DNA from: Octopus sinensis
Lineage: Eukaryota
Assembly: GCF_006345805.1 (NCBI RefSeq)
Contig: NW_021833032.1
Location: 107,516 to 171,515, forward strand
Direction of reading: 5' to 3'
Length of the DNA stretch: 64,000 nt
In this document: in pieces, positions 42,959-58,654 of the stretch
Layout of the letters: each line of letters starts with the position of its first letter
Numbering within the stretch: position 1 is the first letter of the stretch
Notes under the pieces: model-generated
What the model was told of the DNA's origin: nothing
The model's database searches: none
The model's input: the letters and a program-made list of their open reading frames with translations, nothing else
Translations under genes and position numbers: made by a program

Positions 42959-44448
42959 GTGTGTATGTGTGTGTATATATATATATATGTATATAAATAT
43001 ATATATATATGTATGTATATATACGTATTTGCCTGTGAGTGTGTGTGTGTGACCTTCTTTCCCTGTAATGTATGTATATGTGTATATATGTATGTATGTG
43101 TAACCAAGATCAAAATTATTTGTTAGGATGTAATTCGTTGCATAATTCCTTTTGGGCATGTCTTCTAAAAGCGTGTCACTAGAATCATATATGGAAACAT
43201 GCCGACAGATCTTATAACGTGGGACATTTCAATTTATTATTAAATCTTTAAAACCACTTTTCTTAGTAATTTTCTGCAGAATCATTCAGCAGGTAAAGAA
43301 GCGTAATACAATAGAGCTATCCATGATACAATTTTCTATCCCGTTGTGCTGGGGGTTATAAGATATTTAAATCTTCAATGGCACATTCACCATTGCTGTC
43401 TAGCATTAAATGGAAGCGATGCACGATTCTCAACTGTAGCACTGTAAAATCAAAGAGATTTTCTTAAGATTGCATTGTAGTGATGATTTCAATTTCTCAT
43501 AAGTCATTGATGAACAATGATTAATATTAATCCTTAGATTAATATTGATATTATAGATACCGGACAAGACGGACAATATGCTTAACTGCATTCTGTCCGT
43601 CTTTGCGCTCTGAGTTCAAATATCGTCGACTTTTCCTTTGATCTTTTTCTGGATTGACGAAATAAGAACGAGTAGAGCATTGGTTTCAATATATTTCACT
43701 TAGCCTCTACCCCGAAATTGCTGCTCTTCCGCCAGAGATTATACCAATATTAATCATTAGATCAGCGACCCATATTCCTTTAAGTCCAACATGTAACTGA
43801 ACAATAATTCCGTTCATATTAACAGTTGTTTAGGATGGCTGGTATATCACAGGTCATTGGTTGTCAATGTCATTATTTACAAACATCCACTATCAATTGT
43901 CTGTGTTACTCAAGTATGTAGTGTTGTGCCACCCATCCACTCTTCCAGTTAGCGTTACAGAGCAGGAGACACTAACGATTTATCACAATGAATATATAAC
44001 TGATGAACTGAACTCATTTAGCTATCTCTGTGCTATATGAATTTGGAGATGTTCATTAACTTCCATTCATTCATTAATTTTGTGTGTGGCGTTTAATTTG
44101 AATCTAATATTTCATCTGAAAGCATCTGTAAATTCCCTTAAATTTCATTTTAAATTTTTCGTTGCAGAAAATGTTGAGCAGGTTTCAATAATACTCAGCG
44201 ATATTTCAAAGAAATCAGTTTATTTCAAAGCAGAAGATATTGACTTGGCTGTTGATATTCAAGAGAAAATGCTGCCATTGATATCGAATGTGTCCGCCGA
44301 TATAACACTAAAGAATATACTTCTTAGTATCAACAATATGATAGACACACCGGAAGAGATTTTGGTTGAAGCAGATGGAACTGAGAGCAGGTAAAACACA
44401 TATCACGTTTGCCGTCAGTGTAGCAGCAGCAGCAGCAGCAGTAGCAGG

Positions 44449-44487
<39 letters not shown>

Positions 44488-44583
44488 TTGGCGGTGGCGG
44501 TAGCAGTGGTGGTGGATGTAGTAGTAGTAAGAGGAGAAGGATGAGGAGTGGTTGGGTTATCGACGGTTGCGGTGGCTCTAGTG

Positions 44584-44641
<58 letters not shown>

Positions 44642-45602
44642 AAGAAGAAGAAGAATGGGAACAACAACATGAAAAGACGAAGAATTGATGATGATGATGA
44701 TAGTGATGATAAAGAAGCAACAACTGCAGCTGTAGCAGCAGACGTAGTAGAAACAATAGTAGCATAAATAGATTTATTAATCAATATAATTAGGGTAATT
44801 ACACTTATATCTAATTACGTATTTGAAACACACTCTTAGTTGAGATTTATTTTCTTGATTTTCTCACAGAATGCTGGACATTATAGAAGCAATCCTGGAA
44901 GAGATTCCACTGGAAGGGCAGCAACTCACAGCTTTATATTCTAATCTTGGTATTGGTGTTATCAAAGTGGAGAAGGACACGTTCAATGGGGCTGTCTATG
45001 GTATTTCATTTGGAAATAATGAAACTGAAGCAAAGACAATGGTACAGTACTTTCTCATGATTTCTCACTTATTAACAGTTTGTTCTAAACACCCAAATTG
45101 ATAAAATATATTACAGTGAAATATAATATCTTTATTATCATATAAAGTAGCGATGGTATAAATCTTGATGCAGATTACAATCCAAATACAAAATAAAATA
45201 TATATGCTGCACAGATTAGCAATAAAGCTAAAATAAGAATAATTTCTAATTTAGGTACAAAGCTCAAAGTTTTGGGGAAGGTGTCCAGTTGACTGCACCA
45301 ACACCAATTGCCAGTTAAATCTGAACTTAGAGCGTAAAGACAGACGAAATGCTGCTTTTTGTCCGGCGGTCTAACTGTTCTGTCAACTCACTGCCTTTAA
45401 AGATTGCATAATAATAGAGGCTTATATGCATAAAATTGATCTTCCTTATCTTCCTGATCCTTTGATTCATCAGAAAAATACAGCAGTAGATTGATGGCTG
45501 TTTCATCTATATATGTACAATGGCCAAAATAAGTGTAAGACTGATGATGATATTCCTTCATGAATATATTTTTAACAAAACTCAGTGAATATACTTCACT
45601 GG

Positions 45603-45641
<39 letters not shown>

Positions 45642-48221
45642 TGTGTATATTTAGGGCTAAAATTTTGTCCGGCGATCTAACTGTTCTGTCAGCTCACTGC
45701 CTTTAAAGCTAACATAATAGGAGCTTAAATACATAAAATAGACCTTCGCTATCTTTCTGGTGTAGAAGTAGGTTGATGGTTGTTTCATCTATATATATAT
45801 GTATATACATTTATATATGATATATGTGTATAGATATACGTAAGAATATATCATCATCATCATCATCATTATCATCATCATCATTTTTATCATCATCGTC
45901 GTGGTTGTCGTAGTCGGCGTCTTCCTTATCATCATCATCATTACTTAACGTCTGTATTCCATATCGACATGGGTTGAACGGTTCGACAGGATCTGAGTAC
46001 CATGAAGACTAAATTGAGCTCCAGTGCTTACTTTGGTAAAGTTCTGTGGATAGATGCATTTCTCACTGTCGAACACTTTATAGAGTGTACTGGGCGTTTT
46101 CCCTAGCACCAGCAGTAGTGAGGTTACCATATAATTCGCAAAAGAAGATCCCTTGACATATTGGGGTTGCAGCATTGAGGGAGGTGTCTTTGTGCCAATT
46201 GCTGAGAGGCTGAATTATGATAGACGCACCAGAACGGGTGTCTGGCTGTAAAGGAGATACATGGCTATAACAGCAGGAAATAGAGAAAGAATAGTGAAGA
46301 TGATGTGTCAGGAGTATATATATATACATGTTTATATATATATAGATATATATGGGTAAAATATTGAGAAGTAAGTAATGAATAAATATGATAACAATTG
46401 TGAGAGAATCAATTCTATAAACATATACCAGACGTTGTTGCTATCGAACATAGTGAGAGGAATAATTGTGTGAATGGGTAATTATGTGTTACTATGTGAG
46501 TGTGTGTACCTGGCTGTGTATATGTGTGCGTCTCGTTACAAAACGTTTCGGAAATATATGCTAGCAAATGGATGTCATTGTTTGAAAAGATTGAGATACA
46601 AATAGTTTTATACAACATACTGCTATTTTCATGTCCTTGGTTACCCAAGAACAAGAAGTAGATTCAGAAAAAATATCACTGTATGCATTAATGAGAAGTT
46701 AACCAACGACGGAAATCCAATTTGCACCTGTGTGAGATAGGTGTATTGAGTGGTAAAAGGCGGCGAGCTGGCAGAAGCGTTAGCACGCAGGGTGAAATGC
46801 GTAGCCGTATTTCGTCTGCCGTTACGTTCTGAGTTCAAATTCTGCCAAGGTCGACTTTGCCTTTCATCCTTTCAGAGTCGATAAAATAAGTACCAGTTAC
46901 GCACTGGCGTCGATGTAATCGACTTAATCCATTTGTCTGTCCTTGTTTGTCCTCTCTGTTGAACCTCTTGTGCCTAGTAAAGAAATAGGTATTTCATCTG
47001 CCGCTACGTTCTGAGTTCAAATTCCGCCGAGGTCGACTTTGCCTTTCAAACTTTTGGGGTCGATTAAAACAAGTACCAGTAACGCACTGGGGTCGATATA
47101 ATCGACTTAATCCGTTTGTCTGTCCTTGTTTGTCCTCTCTGTTTAGCCCCTTGTGGGTAGTAAAGAAATAGGTATTTCGTCTGCCGCTACGTTCTGAGTT
47201 CAAATTCCGCCGAGGTCAACTTTGCCTTTCATCCTTTCAGGGTCGATTAAATAAGTACCAGTTACGCACTGGGGTCGATATAATCGATTTAATCCATTTG
47301 TATGTCCTTGTTTCTCCTCTCTGTGTTTAGCCCCTTGTGGGTAGTAAACAAATAGGCATTGGGTGATAATGGTACTTTTAGCATTTCTGTTAATTGTAAT
47401 GGTATAACAATGTAGTAATTGGGGAAGAAGTAGAAGTTACAACAACAACAATAGTAACAATCATAGTAATAATTCCGTTTTTTTTAACGTTATAGATAAT
47501 CATACCGAAATATTGGATTGAAAACTCCTTTTGGGAAGGAAATTACAAGGCAGACTAAGGAACTGTTTTCTAGCTAACAGAGTATAATCAATCCACTATT
47601 TTTGCATTTCGAAATACATTATTCCAAAACAGAATCATTTAGCATTCTCTCAAAAGTTTATAAATTCTTATGATGACAAGTTGTAGTAGTAATTTATTAT
47701 TTATCAATTTCATTTCTTTTCCTTTCATTTTCTTCCATCAGATACATAATTACTCAAATCCAGACCCACAAGTAGAAGATACAGGGAACTTCATTTCATT
47801 ACCAAAGAGTTTATTTAAACAGCTGAAAGAAGAAGAACGATCAACAATTTCAAGGATCGCATTTTTCTCCCTGAAGGATGATAAGCTATATAGGGTATGG
47901 AACCAAAACTGAAATCTGTCTTTCTCCTTGATAACAATACTAATATACCACATCTACAAATGGCTATGTATACATACATATATACACATGTAAATATATG
48001 CGTATGTGTATGCCATTTAGGATGCATATACAAACGCAGAACAGCTGACGTTTTGAATTTGGCCTCGGAGAAACTTCTGCTAAGAGATTGAGTGTGTTCA
48101 AAGCAAATGACAAAACGGAATTATAAGACACCGGTGTTTTGGACTGATTTAGCTTCCTTAGTCATTATGAGTGAATTCAGAATCATTGCTCTAATATGGA
48201 AATCAGCAAAGATAACATATG

Positions 48222-48293
<72 letters not shown>

Positions 48294-48359
48294 TATATAT
48301 ATGTGTGTGTATATATATAAATATGCGCATATATATATATGTACGTGCGTGTGTGTGTT

Positions 48360-48434
<75 letters not shown>

Positions 48435-51400
48435 TTTGAATATCCTTCCTTTGAGGAAGGAACTGGTTTCTCAAAATGATACAAGGTCCCATATTTGGAA
48501 TGTAAATAAGAGAAACAGATTCATATTTTAAACTTGAGAAGAAATTTTGAACTTTTTTACTGATCACTTACAAATTTCTAAGCAGATTGGTAAGATGCGG
48601 CTTAGCTTCTCGGATACTCATAAGCGGGTTTTTGAATGATTTCAAATACTAAATGCATCTGACAATTATTTTGTCAACCAGAGCTGTGGTAGAAATCACC
48701 TTCACAATATGCTATTCAGTGAGATTGAACATCGTCTTCCAGCGAGGTTCTTACGCTTTTGAGGCGCTCGTGCTACTTGGGACATTTCGTATGACCCATT
48801 GCTTTGCTCCTGGGAGTTTGCCGAAGAATGCTCAGTCTTTCTATAGCAGAAGTCGCAAGTTTAAGGAAACATTTCGCTTTGGTTGTTTGTTCCTGTCTAT
48901 GACAAAAACGCAGACTACACCATACACGTGATCGCAAGTATAGAAGTTTCACAACTTGCGAACTAAACACAGCGATGTCACTCGGAACATTGCCTCATGA
49001 AGGCCACTGCTAGCTCTTAGTGCACATGCAACCAAGTGCTGCCAGCTGCTGGTGTGCTACAGAACTAATCGGGGGACATTTTTGATCCGCCTCATATTAA
49101 ATACTTCTATTGAATAAATTAGTTTAATTAATGACACCTCTTTACAGGTAATACAACACTCCAGGACCAAAGCAAATACTAAAATTAACAGTCACATTAT
49201 TGCCGCAAATGTTCCTAACATTCAAATAACCAACCTCGATGAACCAGTTAATATCTCCTTCAGACCAATAGATCAGGTAAATGCTATCGATTTATTATAA
49301 CTGTTGTTTTGTGTTGTTAATGTTTCATTTCGAGGCCATATCTCTTGTTTCCCCGAAAAAAACATGGTGGTAGTAGTAGCAATAGTAGTTATTGCTGTAG
49401 TTGTTGCTGTGTTGTGAGTTTCAACTTGTATGTTTTATAATGTAAACATTGCGTGATGACGGAGATATTCTTTATTTCATTCCAAAATATGCTTCAGGTT
49501 GTTTGTATCGTATTCTCGTATCACCAACGAAACCTTTTAATATATTTCTGTATTAGCTTCATTTTATTGTGTCCGTGTATTTTAAGAGTGAATTACTTTG
49601 GGGTCTCATATTGTGACTCTTGTTGCTGTTTATTTTCATGCCATTCCTGGCCCAGTTAATCCATGAATGTTTTATCCAATTAATTATCCTTATATATTTC
49701 TAGAACTGCACTGTCCAATGTCTTCTACATTTAGAGGCGAGGGGTGTAAATTACGTGAATATACATAGATTTATAAACGAGATGAAAGAGTCAGTTAAGC
49801 TATGTCACAGACGGTGATGTCGGATTCAAAATGGGAATTTCAACCGTGTTTCGTGGTCTGCTACCACAAGAGCTCCTTTATAGGATCCAGTTAGCTCAAG
49901 ACATCATCAGGAGGAACCACGTCCGGTTTCGGCCCCTACTCCTAAACCATTTTGACGTGGCGGGGCCCCCTTTCGGAGTTGTCTTCAGCTCTTGTGTTGG
50001 GTGCATGTCTTCTTTCTTCTGTTCCCTCGCCTCTTCGATGTAGCGTCAACGAGTCTCAGCGGGCGACTGATTGTCTTGTCAATTTTTTCCCTTTAAATAC
50101 CTGCTGCTAGACTCCAGCAGGCAGCCCCAGAAAGTTGTCACGTGACACTGTCTCAACTTTAAATGACCAATGAAGGCGCGTAGTTTCAGCCCTCGCATTC
50201 TCTAAACGACGCTGTCATCTGTCAATCTGTAATCAAACATTGTCGACCATAATTTATTTTGATGTTTTGTTAATGAAATTAGTTAAGATTTATTTCATGA
50301 TTAAATTACCAGAATATGTTTTTCAGAATGCCACCAACCTACGGTGTGTTTTTTGGGATGAATCTCCTGGACAGAATCCTAAATGGTCAACAGAAGGCTG
50401 TAATATGTCCGAGTATGTACCTGGAAAGAAAGTACTTTGTTCCTGTAACCATCTGACAAGTTTTGCCCTATTAATGGTTGGTAAGATTATGACAACCTAT
50501 TAATTACCTCTAATTGAGCTGCTTATGTCTATGTATAAATAATTTTAACGCACACCAGACACTCTGTTGGTGGATATTTTGGTAAATATGTTAGTTTAAT
50601 AGCAAATATATGAGGTTGAAATTTAATAATAATTCACTGTTGTTGTTGTTGCTGTGGTTGCTGTTTATTAGTTTAAACTTAAGATGGCGCTTTATCATCC
50701 TCAACAAAATACATGAGAATTCCTCCTGCATTGAAGTGAAGAGGAATCGAGAGAGATGGTCACCTGGCCTGACTGTACAAATCTGTTATGTTGAAACCAC
50801 CTGAATGGTCGTCTAGTTGATAGAGATGTATTTAAGATATGATGACCCTCCGTAGCTCAATAAACATGTTGACAGCTTAGATATTAAACCCTTGGTCTTT
50901 CATGATCCTGTTATATGGACTCTCCTTATATTTATGCGATTTCTTCTACTGATGCTTTTTTACATCCATACTACACATGTATCCACCACTTGTTACTTAT
51001 ATAACACTTCTGCCGCCCACAAAATAACATATGCACCTATCTATGGCACATATTTTAGCCTACATGATTTTTTAATTAATTCAAATTGCTAGTTCACTCC
51101 ATACCAGTTTCCAATATCACCCGACGCCACAAGAACCGAGATTAAATCGTCAAGTCACTGATATTGCGTCTATCTTTGTCAGTTTTTATCAGAAACATTA
51201 CAGAATCAATTCACTTGTTGTCTTTATTAATGTTTTCATTTCTCTAATTCTTCGTTACGAAAATAATTTCAATTTCCCATTTCTTCCTCTATCTAAATAT
51301 TCATTCTTCACATACTCCGTGTAATATATTGACCCAAAATTAGACGAACAACCTATCGAAAATGCTGTCATATCTATTTTATCATGACTCATAATCTATA

Positions 51401-54400
51401 GTATCCATGGCCAAAACATATTTGAAGTGGACACGTCCTCTTGTTAAAGAATACTGCTTTATGTAAAGGAAACTGAATCATACAGCATCAAGGTCTACTG
51501 GTGGAATATTGATCTTAATCTACTTTGTGTTAAAGGAATGAGAAAGAAATAACACCGGTCTATCTCAGGTGAGATATGGCTTAAGTGAAGCAACCTCAGT
51601 TAGCTGGACTGATAAAATATACGAAGCCATCTTAATTGCATTTGAACTAAAAATCTATGAGTTGGTGGTACATCTCATACTTTTCGTTACACATCCCATA
51701 TATACATAATGAATTCGGTGAAACTGTCTCTCATCCAACATGCAATGTAAGACGGCCCTTTATTAATATTGTCATTAAGGCAGCTTACACATACCCCACA
51801 TCAACACTTTATACACTCATAATTTATATAATTATTGACCGACATAGAAAGGAATGGTAGGAAGAATTAATACGTTGTTGTTTGTTTCTGTTGCAGGATG
51901 TCTACCAGAAATCGGGGGGGAAAACTAGTCACCTCTTATCTATTACATCTTACATTGGCTGCGGAATATCATTTGTCTGCCTCATTCTTACAATAATAAT
52001 TCATGTTTGTTCCAAGTAAGAATTTCATTTTCTATTTTCTTTTATAATCTGTTTAAATACGCGACATCCATCAGTTTATGGGATTCTGACAGACTGGTAA
52101 GATCGAAGTGGTTGATATCTGCAAGAAAAACCATGGATGAGGAGAGAATTCCCGAACGTTGTCACTCCCATGGGTGATTGATTGAAGAAATATTTTAGGG
52201 CAAATTTGTGTACCACATTAAGGGTAATAAAAAAGAAAGCAAGAACGGATAGGGAGCACTATCCTGTGTTTGAGTAGAGTTAGGTTATAGCTTGAGAATT
52301 TAGAAAATTATTGACGAATATAGTAGTTACAGTAGTGCATCTATCTTTACTATTACTAAAATAACAGTCGGTGTTTTTTTATACTGTTTGTTAGTGAGCG
52401 TGGAGGCGCAATGGCCCAGTGGTTAGGGCAGTGGACTCGCGGTCGTAGGATCGCGGTTTCGATTCCCAGACCGGGCGTTGTGAGTGTTTATTGAGCGAAA
52501 ACACCTAAAGCTCCACGAGGTTCCGGCAGGGGATGGTGGTGATCCCTGCTGTACTCTTTCACCACAACTTTCTCTCACTCTTACTTCCTGTTTCTGTTCT
52601 ACCTGTATTTCAAAGGGCCAGCTTTGTCACTCTCTGTGGCACGCTGAATATCCCCGAGAACTACGTTAAGAGTACACGTGTCTGTGGAGTGCTCAGCCAC
52701 TTACACGTTAATTTCACGAGCAGGCTGTTCCGTTGATTCGGATCAACCGGAACCCTCGTCGTCGTAACCGACGGAGTGCTTAAAGAAGAAAGAAAAATAG
52801 TTATTGAGCAGGTTGTGGTAATGTGTTGGTGAGTTAACATTTGCCATTCAACCAAATGATCTAGTTTTCGGTCTGATTGAGAATCCATTGTGTGTGTGTA
52901 TATACATACATCGGTCTACATACATACATACATCCCTACCTACCTACCTACCTACCTACCTACCTACCTACCTACATACATACATATATACATACATGCA
53001 TATATGCATATATGTATACATACATTCAAACATACATATGAAAATACGATCATGCTTACACATATCACAGATACAATTCTTCATTCATACGTAACTACAT
53101 ACATTACATCATCCCGTATGTAATAATATTTACATATATTCATACATACATTCAAACATACATATGAAAATACAATCATGCTTACACATATCACAGATAC
53201 AATTCTTCATTCATACGTACTACATACATTACATCATCCCGTATGTAATAATATTTACATATATTCATACATACATTCAAACATACATATGAAAATACGA
53301 TCATGCATACACATATCACAGATACAATTCTTCATTCATACGTAACTACATACATTACATCATCCCGTATGTAATAATATTTACATATATTCATACATAC
53401 ATTCAACATACATATGAAAATACGATCATGCTTACACATATCACAGATACAATTCTTCATTCATACGTAACTACATACATTACATCATCCCGTATGTAAT
53501 AATATTTACATATATTCATACATACATTCAAACATACATATGAAAATACGATCATGCATACACATATCACAGATACAATTCTTCATTCATACGTAACTAC
53601 ATACATTACATCATCCCGTATGTAATAATATTTACATATATTCATACATACATTCAAACATACATATGAAAATACGATCATGCATACACATATCACAGAT
53701 ACAATTCTTCATTCATACGTAACTACATACATTACATCATCCCGTATGTAATAATATTTACATATATTCATAGATACATTCAAACATACATATGAAAATA
53801 CAATCATGCATACACATATCACAGATACAATTCTTCATTCATACGTAACTACATACATACATCATCCCGTATGTAATAATATTTACATATATTCATAGAT
53901 ACATTCAAACATACATATGAAAATACGATCATGCATACACATATCACAGATACAATTCTTCATTCATACGTAACTACATACATTACATCATCCCGTATGT
54001 AATAATATTTACATATATTCATAGATACATTCAAACATACATATGAAAATACGATCATGCATACACATATCACAGATACAATTCTTCATTCATACGTAAC
54101 TACATACATTACATCATCCCGTATGTAATAATATTTACATATATTCATACATACATTCAAACATACATATGAAAATACGATCATGCATACACATATCACA
54201 GATACAATTCTTCATTCATACGTAACTACATACATTACATCATCCCGTATGTAATAATATTTACATATATTCATACATACATTCAAACATACATATGAAA
54301 ATACGATCATGCTTACACATATCACAGATACAATTCTTCATTCATACGTAACTACATACATTACATCATCCCGTATGTAATAATATTTACATATATTCAT

Positions 54401-57400
54401 ACATACATTCAAACATACATATGAAAATACGATCATGCTTACACATATCACAGATACAATTCTTCATTCATACGTAACTACATACATTACATCATCCCGT
54501 ATGTAATAATATTTACATATATTCATACATACATTCAAACATACATATGAAAATACGATCATGCATACACATATCACAGATACAATTCTTCATTCATACG
54601 TAACTACATACATTACATCATCCCGTATGTAATAATATTTACATATATTCATACATACATTCAAACATACATATGAAAATACGATCATGCTTACACATAT
54701 CACAGATACAATTCTTCATTCATACGTAACTACATACATTACATTACATCATCCCGTATGTAATAATATTTACATATATTCATACATACATTCAAACATA
54801 CATATGAAAATACGATCATGCTTACACATATCACAGATACAATTCTTCATTCATACGTAACTACATACATTACATCATCCCGTATGTAATAATATTTACA
54901 TATATTCATACATACATTCAAACATACATATGAAAATACGATCATGCATACACATATCACAGATACAATTCTTCATTCATACGTAACTACATACATTACA
55001 TTACATCATCCCGTATGTAATAATATTTACATATATTCATACATACATTCAAACATACATATGAAAATACGATCATGCTTACACATATCACAGATACAAT
55101 TCTTCATTCATACGTAACTACATACATTACATCATCCCGTATGTAATAATATTTACATATATTCATACATACATTCAAACATACATATGAAAATACGATC
55201 ATGCTTACACATATCACAGATACAATTCTTCATTCATACGTAACTACATACATTACATCATCCCGTATGTAATAATATTTACATATATTCATACATACAT
55301 TCAACATACATATGAAAATACGATCATGCATACACATATCACAGATACAATTCTTCATTCATACGTAACTACATACATTACATCATCCCGTATGTAATAA
55401 TATTTACATATATTCATACATACATTCAAACATACATATGAAAATACGATCATGCATACACATATCACAGATACAATTCTTCATTCATACGTAACTACAT
55501 ACATTACATCATCCCGTATGTAATAATATTTACATATATTCATACATACATTCAAACATACATATGAAAATACGATCATGCATACACATATCACAGATAC
55601 AATTCTTCATTCATACGTACTACATACATTACATTACATCATCCCGTATGTAATAATATTTACATATATTCATACATACATTCAAACATACATATGAAAA
55701 TACGATCATGCTTACACATATCACAGATACAATTCTTCATTCATACGTAACTACATACATTACATCATCCCGTATGTAATAATATTTACATATATTCATA
55801 CATACATTCAAACATACATATGAAAATACGATCATGCATACACATATCACAGATACAATTCTTCATTCATACGTAACTACATACATTACATCATCCCGTA
55901 TGTAATAATATTTACATATATTCATACATACATTCAAACATACATATGAAAATACGATCATGCTTACACATATCACAGATACAATTCTTCATTCATACGT
56001 AACTACATACATTACATCATCCCGTATGTAATAATATTTACATATATTCATACATACATTCAAACATACATATGAAAATACGATCATGCATACACATATC
56101 ACAGATACAATTCTTCATTCATACGTAACTACATACATTACATCATCCCGTATGTAATAATATTTACATATATTCATACATACATTCAAACATACATATG
56201 AAAATACGATCATGCTTACACATATCACAGATACAATTCTTCATTCATACGTAACTACATACATTACATCATCCCGTATGTAATAATATTTACATATATT
56301 CATACATACATTCAAACATACATATGAAAATACGATCATGCTTACACATATCACAGATACAATTCTTCATTCATACGTAACTACATACATTACATCATCC
56401 CGTATGTAATAATATTTACATATATTCATACATACATTCAAACATACATATGAAAATACGATCATGCTTACACTATCACAGATACAATTCTTCATTCATA
56501 CGTAACTACATACATTACATCATCCCGTATGTAATAATATTTACATATATTCATACATACATTCAAACATACATATGAAAATACGATCATGCTTACACAT
56601 ATCACAGATACAATTCTTCATTCATACGTAACTACATACATTACATCATCCCGTATGTAATAATATTTACATATATTCATACATACATTCAAACATACAT
56701 ATGAAAATACGATCATGCTTACACATATCACAGATACAATTCTTCATTCATACGTAACTACATACATTACATCATCCCGTATGTAATAATATTTACATAT
56801 ATTCATACATACAAAGACACAGAAAGTTAAGAAAAGCGCCTTGGGCCTTGTGCTGAGCCAGCGCTATCACTATTCATAATAACAGACTCGCAAAACCCTC
56901 CTGCAAGACTATGGCACGGTGCTTTGTAATGAATCCTTTATATTTATATACAGAGCAAAAATTTAGATTCAGAAGAATATGGTTCTTAAGTTGAGGCACC
57001 AGAATTTAGTACGGTATTATCCATACAGTTTCAAAGTGAGGTGATTGCAATCAAAATAAACAACAAGGATATCCAAAGTAATGCAGTACGACCGTTTCAT
57101 GCAACTCAATTTAATTGAACAATGTAATCATTACATCAATTTAAAATGCAGTGCAATCTTCAGCTGCACAAAGACATAGAATTTAATTAAATTTGAAAAG
57201 ATGGACACATTAGTATAATTATAGCCAAAATCTCCAAGAAGTTAAGGAGACAGACAACGAACATGTCTCTACTTCAGCATGGGAGATTTTAGCTAGAGAT
57301 AAAAATCCCAATGATCTTCAGTGTTATTGCCTGCATGTCCGTTTTATATTAGTGAGATCCTGTTTTAGAGACAAGCTTTAACGAAAACTAAGCGACGCCT

Positions 57401-57672
57401 CATCTCCGGTGGTCTGTCATCACACCGGACACCAACCTTGAATTTCAGGGAGTCCATGATATTGCTAGATAGTCGTTGTATCTCTACTAGTTTCCTCCGT
57501 CCTTTTGGCAGGTTTTGTTTTTGTTCTGCAGGGCTTTTTAGCAATACCCTTCACCAGGAAATCTTGCGGTTGTCACTTTAGTCATTCGCACCGACCGTGC
57601 AATAGGTTCTACTGGTTTTCATATTATTAACAGCTCACATGAGAGACCTCATACAAATGCACTTGAAGATGT

Positions 57673-57714
<42 letters not shown>

Positions 57715-58557
57715 TATTGAATTAGCTGCCAAGAAGATGCTCTATATGCACATTCCTCAGGCGTATATCCTCGAACTTTTATAAGCTGCATCTCCGTTCA
57801 GAGTTAAAGAGGGTACTCAGCAGATGAAACCCCAACATAGAATTGCAATTAATCAAAGAAAACATTGTACGTAACGACTAGATATTCGCAATTGTCTAAT
57901 GAATACAGTGTTGACTAAAAGACAGATTTTGTACACAGCGTTGCTGTCAATGCACAAACAACGTATATAACGTATATGTGTTTGTGTGCAACATTCCTTT
58001 CTGCGTTTAACGTATCATCACATGTTCGTTGACTGCAAGGAATTACTATCGTAACCAGCGAAACTTGCTCAATGAGTCAAGAAACGATACAGATAGTGTT
58101 TCATATTTCATTCAGATCATTATACCAATATTTTACACACAAATCATATATATATAGGCGCAGGAGTGGCTGTGTGGTAAGTAGCTTGTTTACCAACCAC
58201 ATGGTTCCGGGTTCAGTCTCACTGCGTGGCACCTTGGGCAAGTGTCTTCTACTATAGCCTCGGGACGACCAAAGCCTTGTGAGTGGATTTGGTAGACGGA
58301 AACTGAAAGAAGCCCGTCGTATATGTGTATATATATGTATGTTCGTGTATGTTTGTGTGTCTGCGTTTGTCCCCCTAGCATTGATTGACAACCGATGCTG
58401 GTGTGTTTATGTCCCTGTCACTTAGCGGTTCGGCAAAAGAGACCGATAGAATAAGTACTGGGCTTACAAAGAATAAGTCCCGGGGTCGAGTTGCTCGATT
58501 AAAGGCGGTGCTGCAGCATGGTCGCAGTGAAAATGACTGAAACAAGTAAAAAGAGAG

Positions 58558-58654
<97 letters not shown>

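Noticed and set aside
53020-56812. Regular repeat array superficially like CRISPR
   Set aside because: Whole 126-bp units repeat with no unique spacers, there are no cas genes, and the context is eukaryotic.
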